The notes beneath the pieces were generated by a model. It made no database searches, was not told the origin of the DNA, and saw only the letters and a list, made by a program, of their open reading frames with translations. A stretch of 64,000 nucleotides of DNA, from the NCBI RefSeq assembly GCF_006345805.1, contig NW_021835985.1, forward strand, positions 1 to 64,000. Direction: 5' to 3'. This DNA is from Octopus sinensis. Taxonomy: Eukaryota. This document shows, in pieces, positions 14,766 to 27,804 of the stretch (its first letter is position 1; each line of letters starts with the position of its first letter). The translations under genes were made by a program, and so were the position numbers.

Positions 14766-17103
14766 TACATTGTGTATCTTGAAAACTTTTCAGGATACAA
14801 AACGTGTCAAAATATTGCAAATAAGCATAAAAAATGAACAAAATTTGCTAATTCAAATTTGTTTTTTTTTTAATACCCATTTGCAATATTTGACCCATTT
14901 TGTATTCTGAAAAGTTTAGTGAATACTTATATAAATGTAATCTTATTATAATCTTATTAAAGATTTTCCCAAGAGATCACTGAAATCACAAAAGTTTGCT
15001 AATTTAAATTTGTTTTTTTTATGCAATATCTCGACACATTTTCTATTCTGAAAACCTTAGTGATCTCTGTGATAAATATAATTTTATTACCCAAACACTA
15101 AGCAGTGAACAAAGTTGCTAATTCAAATTTGTTTCTTAGAGATTATATCTATCAAAGAGATCATTAAAGTATCAAAAGATTTCAGGATACAAAATGTTTT
15201 AAAATATTGCATATACTAAAGAAGTACAAATTTGAATTAGCAACGTGGTTCACTTTTTTATGCTTATTTGCAATATTTTGACACATTTTGTTTTCTCTAT
15301 TTGGTAAATATAATAACTGATTATATTTATCAGAGATTATATTTATCAGAGATCACAGAAGTATCAAAAGTTTAATTTAAATTTGCAATTTTGTTCAGAT
15401 TTTTTTGCTTATTTCCAATATTTTGGCACATTTTATTTTTCTGAAAAGTTTTTATGAATTGAGTGAACTCATGGATAAATGTAACAGCTGATTGATAAGA
15501 TTAGATTTATCAAAGAGATCACTAAAGTGTCAAAAGTTTTCAGATTAAAAAAATACGTTAAAATATTGCAAATAAGTACTAAAAAACAACAAATTTGAAA
15601 TAGCAATTTTGTTCAATTTGTTATGCTTCTTTGACAGGTTTTATTTTTCTGAAAGCTTTTATGAATTCAGTGATCTCTTGTGTATAAAAAAATTAAATTT
15701 ATCAAAAGTTTTCAGGATACAATATTGCAAATTTAAATTAGCAATTTTGAAAACACACACAAAATACACAGAAAACAAATAAAAACACTCAAAAGACACT
15801 TAAAACACAAAAGTCACAAAAAACTGACACAAAAGACATGTGAAACAAAATAAAACAAAACTCACACAACTAAGCACAAAAACTGTGATCTCTTCGGTAA
15901 ATAATAAGATTATATTTATCAAAGAGATCACTAAAGTGTCAAAAGTTTTCAGATTAAAAAAATACGTTAAAATATTGCAAATAAGTACTAAAAAACAACA
16001 AATTTGAAATAGCAATTTTGTTCAATTTGTTATGCTTCTTTGACAGGTTTTATTTTTCTGAAAGCTTTTATGAATTCAGTGATCTCTTGTGTATAAAAAA
16101 ATTAAATTTATCAAAAGTTTTCAGGATACAATATTGCAAATTTAAATTAGCAATTTTGAAAACACACACAAAATACACAGAAAACAAATAAAAACACTCA
16201 AAAGACACTTAAAACACAAAAGTCACAAAAAACTGACACAAAAGACATGTGAAACAAAATAAAACAAAACTCACACAACTAAGCACAAAAACTGTGATCT
16301 CTTCGGTAAATAATAAGATTATATTTATCAAAGAGATCACCAAATTGTGAAAAGTTTCCAGGATACAAAATATGTCAAAATATTGTGAATAAGTGCGAAA
16401 AAACAACAAACTTGTGTGATCTCTAGTGTAAATACAAGTTAGCTGATTATATTTATGAAATAGATAAAAAAATGTCAAAATTTTTTAGGATACAAAATGT
16501 GTCAAATTATTGCAAATATGTACTAAAAGACAACAAATTTCAATTTGCAATTTTGTTCACATTTTGTAGCCTGAGAACGTTCGAGAATTCAGTGATCTCT
16601 TGGATAAATATAATCTTATAATCAACCAGTTAACGAGAGATCATACAATTCACAAAAGTTTCAGAAAACAAAATGTATCAAAATATTGCAAAGAAGCATA
16701 AAAAAGTGACCAAAATTGCTAATTCAATTTTCTGATTGTTTAGAAATTATTTGCAATATTTAGACACGTTTTATTCATATCTCAGAAGTTTTCAGAATGT
16801 GTCAAAGTATTGCAAATAAGCATAACACAGTGATCAAAATTGCCAATTGAAATTTGTTTTAATTTAGTACATATTTGCAATATTTTGACATTTTCTAACC
16901 TGAAAACTTTTAACACTTTAGTGACATTTTGGTATTGTTTTGTGTTTTTTGTGTTATTTTTGCATATTTTTTTCTTATTTTTTTTCTTATTTTTGTTTTC
17001 TTATTTTTGTTTTGTCTGTGTTTTATAAGTTCTTATAAAACACAGAGAAAACAAAAATATTTTTTATGTCTTTTTAAATGTCTTTTAAGAGTCTTTTGTG
17101 TCT
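14766..17103. repeat. Degenerate, mostly inverted satellite A-related sequence containing a 409-bp direct duplication (about 15498-16340)
   Basis: Motifs aagagatcac, gcaatattttgac and gaaaagttttcag occur on both strands; the block at 15498 recurs at 15907; ORF-track ends 15800 and 16209 differ by 409. Confidence 0.85.
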
Positions 17104-20100
17104 GTCTTAGGGAGGTCATCGTGCATAGAGATGACCAAGTCCAATAATGCTTCCCATCCCTGCCAACCCTGTACCAGTGCCCCTGCATCACCAAAGATTA
17201 TATCAAACATCTGGAGATGTTCATTTATCATGTTCAGTCATCTGGTGCAGGGCTATCCTTGGGGTCCCTTCCAGCCTGTAGCTGAATGGTGTTAGGGAGG
17301 TCATCGTGCATAGAGCTGACCAGGTCCAATAATGCTTCCCATTCCTGGCATCCCTGTACCAATGCCTCTGTATCACCCAAGATTATATCAAACTTCTTGA
17401 GATCATCGTTTATCAAGTTCAGCCATCTGGTGCAGGGCTTGCCATGGGGTCCCTTCCAGCCTGTAGCTGAATGGTCTTAGGGAGGTCATCGTGCATATAG
17501 ATGACCAAGTCCAATGACGCTTCCCATCTCTGGCAACCCTGCACCAGTGCCTCTGCATCACCACAGATTATATCAAACCTCTGAAGATCATTCTTTATCA
17601 TGTTCATACATCTGGTGCAGGGCTTGCCATGGGGTCCCTTCAAGCCTGTAGCTGAATGGTCTTGGTGAGGTCATCGGGCATAGAGCTGACCAAGTCCAAT
17701 AATTCTTCCCATCCCTAGGCAACCCTGTACCAGTGCCTCTGCATCACCCAAGATTATATAAAACCTCTGAAGATCATTCTTTATCATGTTCAGACATCTG
17801 GTGCAGGGCTTGCCATGGGGTCCCTTCAAGCCTGTAGCTGAATGGTCTTGGGGAGGTCATCGGGCATAGAGCTGACCAAGTCCAATAATTCTTCCCATCC
17901 CTAGGCAACCCTGTACCAGTGCCTCTGCATCTCACAAGATTATATAAAACCTCTTGAGATCATTCTTTATCATGTTCAGACATCTGGTGCAGGGCTTGCC
18001 ATGGGGTCCCTTCAAGCCTGTAGCTGAATGGTCTTAGGGAGGTCATCGTGCATATAGCTGACCAAGTCCAATGATGCTTCCCATCTCTGGCAACCCTGCA
18101 TCAGTGCCTCTGCATCACCCAAGATTATATCAAACCTCTTGAGATCATCGTTATCATGTTTAGCCATCTGGTGCAGGGCTTGCCATGGGGTCCCTTCCAG
18201 CCTGTAGCTGAATGGTCTTAGGGAGGTCATCGTGCATAGAGCTGACCAAGTCCAATAATGCTTCCCATCCCTTGCAACCCTGTACCAGTGCCTCTGCATC
18301 ACCCAAGATTATATCAAACCTCTGGAGATCATCGTTTATCATGTTCAGCCATCTGGTGCAGGGCTTGCCATGGGGTCCCTTCAAGCCTGTAGCTGAATGG
18401 TGTTAGGGAAGTCATCGTGCATATAGCTGACCAAGTCCAATAATGCTTCCCATCCCTTGCAACCCTGTACCAATGCCTCTGTATCACCCAAGATTATATC
18501 AAACCTCTTGAGATCATCGTTTATCATGTTTAGCCATCTGGTGCAGGGCTTGCCATGGGGTCCCTTCCAGCCTGTAGCTGAATGTGTTAGGGAAGTCATC
18601 GTGCATATAGCTGACCAAGTCCAATAATGCTTCCCATCCCTTGCAACCCTGTACCAATGCCTCTGTATCACCCAAGATTATATCAAACCTCTTGAGATCA
18701 TCGTTTATCATGTTTAGCCATCTGGTGCAGGGCTGTCCATGGGGTCCCTTCCAGCCTGTAGCTGAATGGTCTTGGGGAGGTCATCGGGCATAGAGCTGAC
18801 CAAGTCCAATAATTCTTCCCATCCCCTGCAACCCTGTACCAATGCCTCTGTATCACCCAAGATTATATCAAACCTCTTAAGATCATCGTTATCATGTTCA
18901 GCCATCTGGTGCAGGGCTTGCCATGGAGTCCCTTCAAGCCTGTAGCTGAATGGTGTTAGGAAGTCATCGTGCATATAGCTGACCAAGTCCAATAATGCTT
19001 CCCATCCCCTGCAACCCTGTACCAGTGCCTCTGCATCACCCAAGATTATATCAAACCTCTTGAGATCATCGTTTATCATGTTTAGCCATCTGGTGCAGGG
19101 CTTGCCATGGGGTCCCTTCCAGCCTGTAGCTGAATGGTCTTGGGGAGGTCATCGGGCATAGAGCTGACCAAGTCTAATAATTCTTCCCATCCCTGGCAAC
19201 CCTGTACCAATGCCTCTGTATCACCCAAGATTATATCAAACCTCTTAAGATCATCGTTTATCATGTTCAGACATCTGGTGCAGGGCTTGCCATGGGGTCC
19301 CTTCAAGCCTGTAGCTGAATGGTGTTAGGGAAGTCATCGTGCATATAGCTGACCAAGTCCAATAATGCTTCCCATCCCTTGCAACCCTGTACCAGTGCCT
19401 CTGCATCACCCAAGATTATATCAAACCTCTGGAGATCATCGTTTATCATGTTTAGCCATCTGGTGCAGGGCTTGTCATGGGGTCCCTTCCAGCCTGTAGC
19501 TGAATGGTGTTAGGGAGGTCATCGTGCATAGAGCTGACCAAGTCCAATAATTCTTCCCATCCCTGGCAACCCTGTACCAGTGCCCCTGCATCACCAAAGA
19601 TTATATCAAACATCTGGAGATCATCGTTTATCATGTTTAGCCATCTGGTGCAGGGCTTGCCATGGGGTCCCTTCCAGACTGTAGCTGAATGGTCTTAGGG
19701 AGGTCATCGTGCATAGAGCTGACCAAGTCCAATAATTCTTCCCATCCCTGGCAACCCTGTACCAATGCCTCTGTATCACCCAAGATTATATCAAACCTCT
19801 TGAGATCATCGTTTATCATGTTTAGCCATCTGGTGCAGGGCTTGCCATGGGGTCCCTTCCAGACTGTAGCTGAATGGTCTTGGGGAGGTCATCGGGCATA
19901 GAGCTGACCAAGTCTAATAATTCTTCCCATCCCTGGCAACCCTGTACCAATGCCTCTGTATCACCCAAGATTATATCAAACTCTTAAGATCATCGTTTAT
20001 CATGTTCAGACATCTGGTGCAGGGCTTGCCATGGGGTCCCTTCAAGCCTGTAGCTGAATGGTGTTAGGGAAGTCATCGTGCATATAGCTGACCAAGTCCA

Positions 20101-22851
20101 ATAATGCTTCCCATCCCTTGCAACCCTGTACCAGTGCCTCTGCATCACCCAAGATTATATCAAACCTCTGGAGATCATCGTTTATCATGTTTAGCCATCT
20201 GGTGCAGGGCTTGCCATGGGGTCCCTTCCAGCCTGTAGCTGAATGGTCTTAGGGAGGTCATCGTGCATAGAGCTGACTGACCAAGTCCAATAATTCTTCC
20301 CATCCCTGGCAACCCTGTACCAGTGCCCCTGCATCACCAAAGATTATATCAAACATCTGGAGATGTTCATTTATCATGTTCAGTCATCTGGTGCAGGGCT
20401 ATCCTTGGGGTCCCTTCAAGCCTGTAGCTGAATGGTCTTGCGGAGGTCATCGTGCATAGAGCTGACCAAGTCCAATAATGCTTCCCATCCCTGCCAACCC
20501 TGTACCAGTGCCCCTGCATCACCCAAGATTATATCAAACCTCTTGAGATCATCGTTTATCAAGTTCAGCCATCTGGTGCAGGGCTTGCCATTGGGTCCCT
20601 TCAAGCCTGTAGCTGAATGGTCTTAGGGAGGTCATCGTGCATATAGCTGACCAAGTCCAATGACGCTTCCCATCTCTGGCAACCCTGCACCAATGCCTCT
20701 GCATCACCCAAGATTATATCAAACCTCTGAAGATCATTCTTTATCATGTTCAGACATCTGGTGCAGGGCTTGCCATGGGGTCCCTTCCAGCCTGTAGCTG
20801 AATGGTCTTAGGGAGGTCATCGTGCATATAGCTGACCAAGTCCAACAATGCTTCCCATCCCTGGCAACCCTGTACCAGTGCATCTGTATCACCCAAGATT
20901 ATATCAAACCTCTTGAGATCATCGTTTATCATGTTTAGCCATCTGGTGCAGGGCTTGCCTTGGGGACCCTTCCAGCCTGTAGCTGAATGGTCTTAGGGAG
21001 GTCATCGTGCACAGAGCTGACCAAGTCCAATAATGCTTCCCATCCCTGGCAACCCTGCACCAGTGCCTCTGCATCACCCAAGATTATATCAAACCTCTGA
21101 AGATCATTCTTTATCATGTTCAGACATCTGGTGCAGGGCTTGCCATGGGGTCCCTTCAAGCCTGTAGCTGAATGGTCTTGGGGAGGTCATCGGGCGTAGA
21201 GCTGACCAAGTCCAATAATTCTTCCCATCCCTGGCAACCCTGTACTAGTGCATCTGTATCACCCAAGATTATATCAAACTCTTAAGATCATCGTTTATCA
21301 TGTTCAGACATCTGGTGCAGGGCTTGCCATGGGGTCCCTTCAAGCCTGTAGCTGAATGGTGTTAGGGAAGTCATCGTGCATATAGCTGACCAAGTCCAAT
21401 AATGCTTCCCATCCCTTGCAACCCTGTACCAGTGCCTCTGCATCACCCAAGATTATATCAAACCTCTGGAGATCATCGTTTATCATGTTTAGCCATCTGG
21501 TGCAGGGCTTGCCATGGGGTCCCTTCCAGCCTGTAGCTGAATGGTCTTAGGGAGGTCATCGTGCATAGAGCTGACCAAGTCCAATAATTCTTCCCATCCC
21601 TGGCAACCCTGTACCAGTGCCCCTGCATCACCAAAGATTATATCAAACATCTGGAGATGTTCATTTATCATGTTCAGTCATCTGGTGCAGGGCTATCCTT
21701 GGGGTCCCTTCAAGCCTGTAGCTGAATGGTCTTGCGGAGGTCATCGTGCATAGAGCTGACCAAGTCCAATAATGCTTCCCATCCCTGCCAACCCTGTACC
21801 AGTGCCCCTGCATCACCCAAGATTATATCAAACCTCTTGAGATCATCGTTTATCAAGTTCAGCCATCTGGTGCAGGGCTTGCCATTGGGTCCCTTCAAGC
21901 CTGTAGCTGAATGGTCTTAGGGAGGTCATCGTGCATATAGCTGACCAAGTCCAATGACGCTTCCCATCTCTGGCAACCCTGCACCAATGCCTCTGCATCA
22001 CCCAAGATTATATCAAACCTCTGAAGATCATTCTTTATCATGTTCAGACATCTGGTGCAGGGCTTGCCATGGGGTCCCTTCCAGCCTGTAGCTGAATGGT
22101 CTTAGGGAGGTCATCGTGCATATAGCTGACCAAGTCCAACAATGCTTCCCATCCCTGGCAACCCTGTACCAGTGCATCTGTATCACCCAAGATTATATCA
22201 AACCTCTTGAGATCATCGTTTATCATGTTTAGCCATCTGGTGCAGGGCTTGCCTTGGGGACCCTTCCAGCCTGTAGCTGAATGGTCTTAGGGAGGTCATC
22301 GTGCACAGAGCTGACCAAGTCCAATAATGCTTCCCATCCCTGGCAACCCTGCACCAGTGCCTCTGCATCACCCAAGATTATATCAAACCTCTGAAGATCA
22401 TTCTTTATCATGTTCAGACATCTGGTGCAGGGCTTGCCATGGGGTCCCTTCAAGCCTGTAGCTGAATGGTCTTGGGGAGGTCATCGGGCGTAGAGCTGAC
22501 CAAGTCCAATAATTCTTCCCATCCCTGGCAACCCTGTACTAGTGCATCTGTATCACCCAAGATTATATCAAACCTCTTGAGATCATCGTTTATCACGTTC
22601 AGCCATCTGGTGCAGGGCTTGTCATGGGGTCCCTTCCAGCCTGTAGCTGAATGGTCTTGGGGAGGTCATCGTGCATAGAGCTGACCAAGTCCAATAATGC
22701 TTCCCATCCCTGCCAACCCTGTACCAGTGCCTCTAAATCACCCAAGATTATATCAAATTTCTGGAGATTTTCGTTTATCATGTTCAGTCATCTGGTGCAG
22801 GGTTCCCTTCCAGCCTGTAGCTGAATGGTCTTAGGGAGGTCATCGTGCATA
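17104..22851 (-). repeat. 185-bp satellite B, about 31 homogeneous copies in reverse orientation
   Basis: Reverse complement of the 13786 unit; identical ORF-track peptides recur at a 1294-bp offset (20416/21710, 20750/22044, 20935/22229). Confidence 0.96.
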
Positions 22852-23370
22852 TTGGACTCTGCTCTATGCCCGATGAACTCCCCAAGACCATTCAGCTACA
22901 GGCTGGAAGGGACCCCATGGCAAGCCTTGCACCAGATGTCTGAACATGATAAAGAATGATCTTCAGAGGTTTTATATAATCTTGGGTGATGCAGAAGCAC
23001 TGGTGCAGGGTTGCCAGGGATTGGAAGCATTTTTGGACTTGGTCAGCTCTATGCACGATGACCTCCCTAAGACCATTCAGCTAGAGGCTGAAAGGGACCC
23101 CATGGGAAACGCTGCACCAGATGATTGAACATGATAAACGATGATCTCCAGAGTTTTGATATAATCTTGGGTGATGCAGAGGCACTGTTACAGGGTTGCC
23201 AGGGATGCAAAGCATCATTTTACCTGGTCAGCTATATGCACGATGACCTCCCTAAGACCATTCAGCCATAAGCTGGAAGGTCCCCATGGCAAGCCCTGCA
23301 CCAGATGACTGAACATGATAAACGATCTCCAGAGGTTTGACATAATCTTTGGTGAGTCAGAGGCACTGAC
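22852..23370 (+). repeat. 185-bp satellite B, about 3 copies, re-inverted
   Basis: Strand switch at catcgtgcat|attggactct; unit then reads as at 13786. Confidence 0.92.
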
Positions 23371-24150
23371 ATATTCTGTATCTTGAAAACTTTTGATCTT
23401 ATAATTACTCAAGAAATCACTGAAGTCTCAAATGTTTTCAGGGTATAAAATGTGTCAAAATATTGCAAATAAGCATAAAAAATGAACAAAATTTGCTAAT
23501 TCATATTTGTTGTTTTTTAAATACGCATTTGCAATACATTGACACATGTATCTTGGAAACTTTTGACACTTTTTTTTTTTAATACTTATTTGCAATATTT
23601 TGACACATTTTATTTTCTGAAAAGTTTTATGAATTGAGTGAACTCTTGGATTTATATTTATCAAAGAGATCACTAAAGTGTCAAAAGTTTTCAGATTAAA
23701 AAAATACATGAAAATATTGCAAATAAGTACTAAAAAACAACAAATTTGAATTAGCAATTTTGTTCAATTTGTTATGCTTATTTGACAGGTTTTCTTTTCT
23801 GAAAGCTTTTATGAATTGAGTGATCTCTTTGGGTAAATACAAGTTAGCTGATTGATAAAAAAATTAAATTTATCAAAATTTATCAAAATTGCTAATTTAA
23901 ATTTGCAATATTGTATCCCGAAGGATCCAATATTGCAAATTTAAATTAGCAATTTTGAAAACACACAAAAAATACACAGAAAACAACCGAAAACACTCAA
24001 AAGACACTCAAAACAAAAAAGTCACAAAAAACTGATCCAAAAGACATATGCCTGAAAACTTTCGAGACTTCAGTGATCTCTTGGATAAATATAAGCTTTT
24101 TATCAATCAGTTAACTTATATTTACCGAAGAGATCACTCAAGTCAAAAAA
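23371..24150. repeat. Degenerate satellite A-related block, paralogous to 14766-15840
   Basis: Same junction cagaggcactga...tgtatcttgaaaactttt as at 14755-14790; shared text such as aaagagatcactaaagtgtcaaaagttttcagattaaaaaaatac. Confidence 0.85.
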
Positions 24151-24890
24151 GTGTTTTTTGTGTCTTTTTAGTGTCTTTGAAGAGTTTTTGTGTTTGTTTT
24201 GTGTGTTTTTGTGTCTGTTTTTTGTGACTTTTGAGTATTTTGATTTTTTTTACTATGTTTCTTGTGTGTATTTTGTGTGTTTTATTTGTGCTTTCAAGAG
24301 TGTTTTGTGTCTTTTAAGAGTCTTTAGTGCTTGTTTTGTGTGTAGTTTTTGTGTGTTTTGAGTGTGTTTTGAGTGTGTTTTGAGAGTGTCTTGTAAACAC
24401 AAGACTTTTTGTGTTTTGTCTTTTTTATGCATCTTTTTTATGCATTTGAAAAGTCTTTTGTTTTTGTTTTATGTGAGTTTTGCTTGTTTTTTGTGCTTTT
24501 TGTGTTTTTTGTGCTTTTTGTGTTTTTTGGGTAATGCTTGTTTTTAGTGTGTTAGTTTTGCCTTATGGTGTTTTTTCTGTGTTTTTTGTGCTTTTTGTGT
24601 TTTGTGTGTTTTGTATTTGTTTTGTCTGTGTTTTTTGTTTGTTTTGTGTGCTTTGCGTCTGTTTCGCGGGTGTTTTGTGCGTGAGGCGTGTTTTTTCGTT
24701 TGTTTTGTGTAGCATTAGTAGAATTAGTAGTAGTTCAAATAGTAGAAGTATTAGTAGTAGTAGTAGTCGAAGTAGTAGTACTAGTATTAGTAGTATTAGT
24801 AGTAGTAGTAGTAGTTATAGTAGTAGTAGTTATAGTAAGTATTATTATTAGTAGTAGTAGTAGTACAAATAGTAGTAGTATTAGTAGAAA
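24151..24890. repeat. TG-rich low-complexity tract followed by (TAG)n microsatellite
   Basis: ttttgtg-like runs 24151-24710; agtagt runs 24711-24890. Confidence 0.9.
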
Positions 24891-24892
24891 AT

Positions 24893-25049
24893 GGTTAGGG
24901 TTACGTTTAGGGATAGGGTTAGTGTTCAGGGGTTGGGTTACCGATACTGTTGGAATTAGGGTTATGTTTAAGGTTAGGTTTTTGGGGTTTGGGATACAGT
25001 TAGGGTAAATTTTAGGGTTTTTGTTAGGGTTAGTGTTGGGGTTGGGTTT
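24893..25049 (+). repeat. Short degenerate (TTAGGG)n tract
   Basis: ggttagggttacgtttagggatagggttagtg...ttagggttagtgttggggttggg. Confidence 0.8.
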
Positions 25050-25487
25050 GAAAATAAACTTGCATTGATTTAAGAGTTCACTGAAATCAGAAAAGTTTTC
25101 AGAAAACAAAATTCTAAGTATTGCAAATAAGCAAGTAAATGTGAACAAAATTGCAAATTTAAATTTGTTTTTTCAGTGCACTCGTTACACATTTTTTAGA
25201 TGTCATTTTTCTGACAAACACTTTGTTATTATCATTATAATTATTAATATTATTATCATTCTTACATATTTGCATTATTTTGATACATTTAGATTTCTAT
25301 GAATGACTTTAGTGATTGTAATAAAATATTTTATTACATACAATCTTATTATCGACCAGCTAATACATAGTTCCAAAACAACATTAAGTGAGTCAGAAAA
25401 GTGATGTCACAAATGTGTTAAATGTCCACTAAGAAGCAACAATTTCTCATTTGCAATTTTGTTGACTTTTTCATGCTTATTTGCAAT

Positions 25488-25525
25488 ACTAGTAGTAGTA
25501 GTACAAATAGTAGTACTAGTAGAAT

Positions 25526-25560
<35 letters not shown>

Positions 25561-25965
25561 AAAATAGTAGTAGTAATATTAGTAGTAGTAGAAGTAGTTG
25601 TCATAGTAGACGTAATAATATTAGTAATAGTAGTAGTAGTATTAGTAATAGTAGTAGTAGTTGTGTTGTGTGGGTTGTGTGATTTCAGGTGTGTTTTGCA
25701 TATTTCTTATGTCTTGTTTGTTTTGTTGCTGTTTTTTGTGTTTTGCGTTCCTGTTAGTTGTATTTTGTTTGTCTTCTGTGTATATTTTGTCTGTTTTGTG
25801 TGAGTTTAGTGTGTGCGTATTGTTTGTTTTGTAGTTTTTCGTGTTTTTTGTGCCTTTGGTGTGTGTTTTATTTGTTTTGTGTTTATTTTTGTTTTTTTTT
25901 ATTGTGTGCATTTTGCGTGTGTTTTGTCGATGTTTTCTGTGTTTTATGTGAGTTTTGTGTGTGCA
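25488..25965. repeat. (TAG)n microsatellite followed by TG-rich low-complexity tract
   Basis: Direct inspection. Confidence 0.9.
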
Positions 25966-26056
25966 TTTGCAATACTTTTCTGAAAACTTTTTCTGATTTC
26001 AGTGAACTCTTACAATCAACGTAAGCTTATTTTCTATCAATTAACTTATATTTGAC

Positions 26057-27677
26057 ACTAACTCAAACCCTAATGCTAACCATAAACCTAACCCCAACCT
26101 AACTCCAACCCTAACCCCAACCCTAACCTTAACCCTAACCCCAACACTAACCCTAACCCTAACCCTAAGCCAAACTCTAACCCCAACCCTAACCCTAACC
26201 CCTCACCCTAAAACTAACCCTAACCTGACTCTAACCACTAGCCCTAACCGTAAACCTACTCCAAACGCTAACCCTAACCCTAACACTAACCTTAAAATTA
26301 ATCAAACCCTAACCTAATCCTAACCCTAATTCTACCCCTAACCCTAACCCTAACCCTGACTCTAACCCCTGACCCTAGCCCTAAACTTAACCCTAACCCT
26401 AAAACTAACTCTACACCTAACCCTAACCCTATCCCTTACACTAACTCTACAGCTAACCCTAACCCTAACATTAACCCTAACCCTAACCCTAACCTCGACT
26501 CTAACCCCTAACCCTAACCCTAACCCTAACCCTAACTCTACCCCTTACCCTGACTCTAATCCCTGACCGTAACCCTAACCCTATCCCTAACCCAAAACCC
26601 AACCCTAACCCTAACCCTAACCCTAACCTTAACCCTAACCATAACACAAACTCTACCCCTTACCCTAACCCTGAATCTAATCCCTGACCCTAGCCCTAAC
26701 CGTAACCCTAATCCAAACCATAACCCTAACCCCAACCCTTTCCTTAACCCTAACCCTAACCCTACCCTAACCCTAACCCTAACACTAACTCTACCCCTTA
26801 CCCTAACCCTGACTCTAATCCCTGACCCTAGCCCTAACCGTAACCCTAATCCAAACCATAACCCTAACCCTAACTCTAACCCTAACACTAACCCTAACCC
26901 TAACCCTAATCCTAATCCTAACGCTAACCCTAAACTTAACCCTACCCTAACCCTAACCCTAATCCCTGAACCTCGCCCTAACCCTAACCCTAACCTTAAC
27001 CCTATCCCTAACCCTAACCCTACACTTAACCCAAAACCAAACCCTGACCTTAACCCTAATTCTACCCCTTACCCTAACCCTGACTCTAATCCCTGACCCT
27101 AGCCCTAACCCCAACCCTACACTTAACCCACAACCTAACCCTAACCCTAAATCTACCCCTTACCCTAACCCTGACTCTAATCCCTTACCTTAGCCTAATC
27201 CAAACCATAACCCTAACCCTAACCCTAATGCTAACCCTAACCCTAACCCTACACTTAACCCTAACCCTAACCCTAACACTAACTCTATCCCTTACCCTAA
27301 CCCTGACCCTAGACCTTACCGTAACCCTAACCCTAACTCTAACCCTAACCCTACACTTAACCCTAACCCTTACTCTAACCCCTAACCCTAACCCTAACTC
27401 TACCCCTTACCCTAACCCTAACCCTGACTCTAATTCCTTACCTTAGCCTAATCCAAACCATAACCCTAACCCTAATCCTACACTTAACCCTAACCCTAAC
27501 CCTAACACTAACTCTACCCCTTACCCTAGACCTTACCGTAACCCTAATCCAAACCATAACCCTATCCCTAACCCTACACTAACCCTAACCCTAACCCTTT
27601 CCCTAACCCTTACTCTAACCCTAACCCTACCCTAACCCTAACACTAACCCTACCCCTATCCCTAACCCTAACCCTTA
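26057..27677 (-). repeat. Interstitial telomere-like array, degenerate (CCCTAA)n, about 1.6 kb
   Basis: Continuous ccctaa hexamers with variants (ctctaa, ccctga, ccctta, cactaa, ccataa). Confidence 0.95.
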
Positions 27678-27754
27678 CAATAGGATTTATATTTTTTAAT
27701 TTTTAAGTGAGATTTGAAATATTGTAAATGTGTCTTAAATTTGGCAGGTATAAT

Positions 27755-27804
27755 GTATGGACGGAAGGGTATGGACGGAAGGGTATGGACCGAAGGGTAT
27801 GGAC
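27755..27804 (+). repeat. 14-bp minisatellite (gtatggacggaagg) x3.6
   Basis: Direct inspection. Confidence 0.85.

Noticed and set aside
1-23370. CRISPR-like array
   Set aside because: Units are wholly repeated with no unique spacers, there are no cas genes, and the context is eukaryotic.
24158-27446. ORFs rich in V/S/T/C/F or LG/LT/RV dipeptides
   Set aside because: Translations of microsatellite, TG-rich and telomere-like repeats.
26057-27677. Functional terminal telomere
   Set aside because: Degenerate throughout and has at least 26 kb of sequence on its distal side, unless misassembled.
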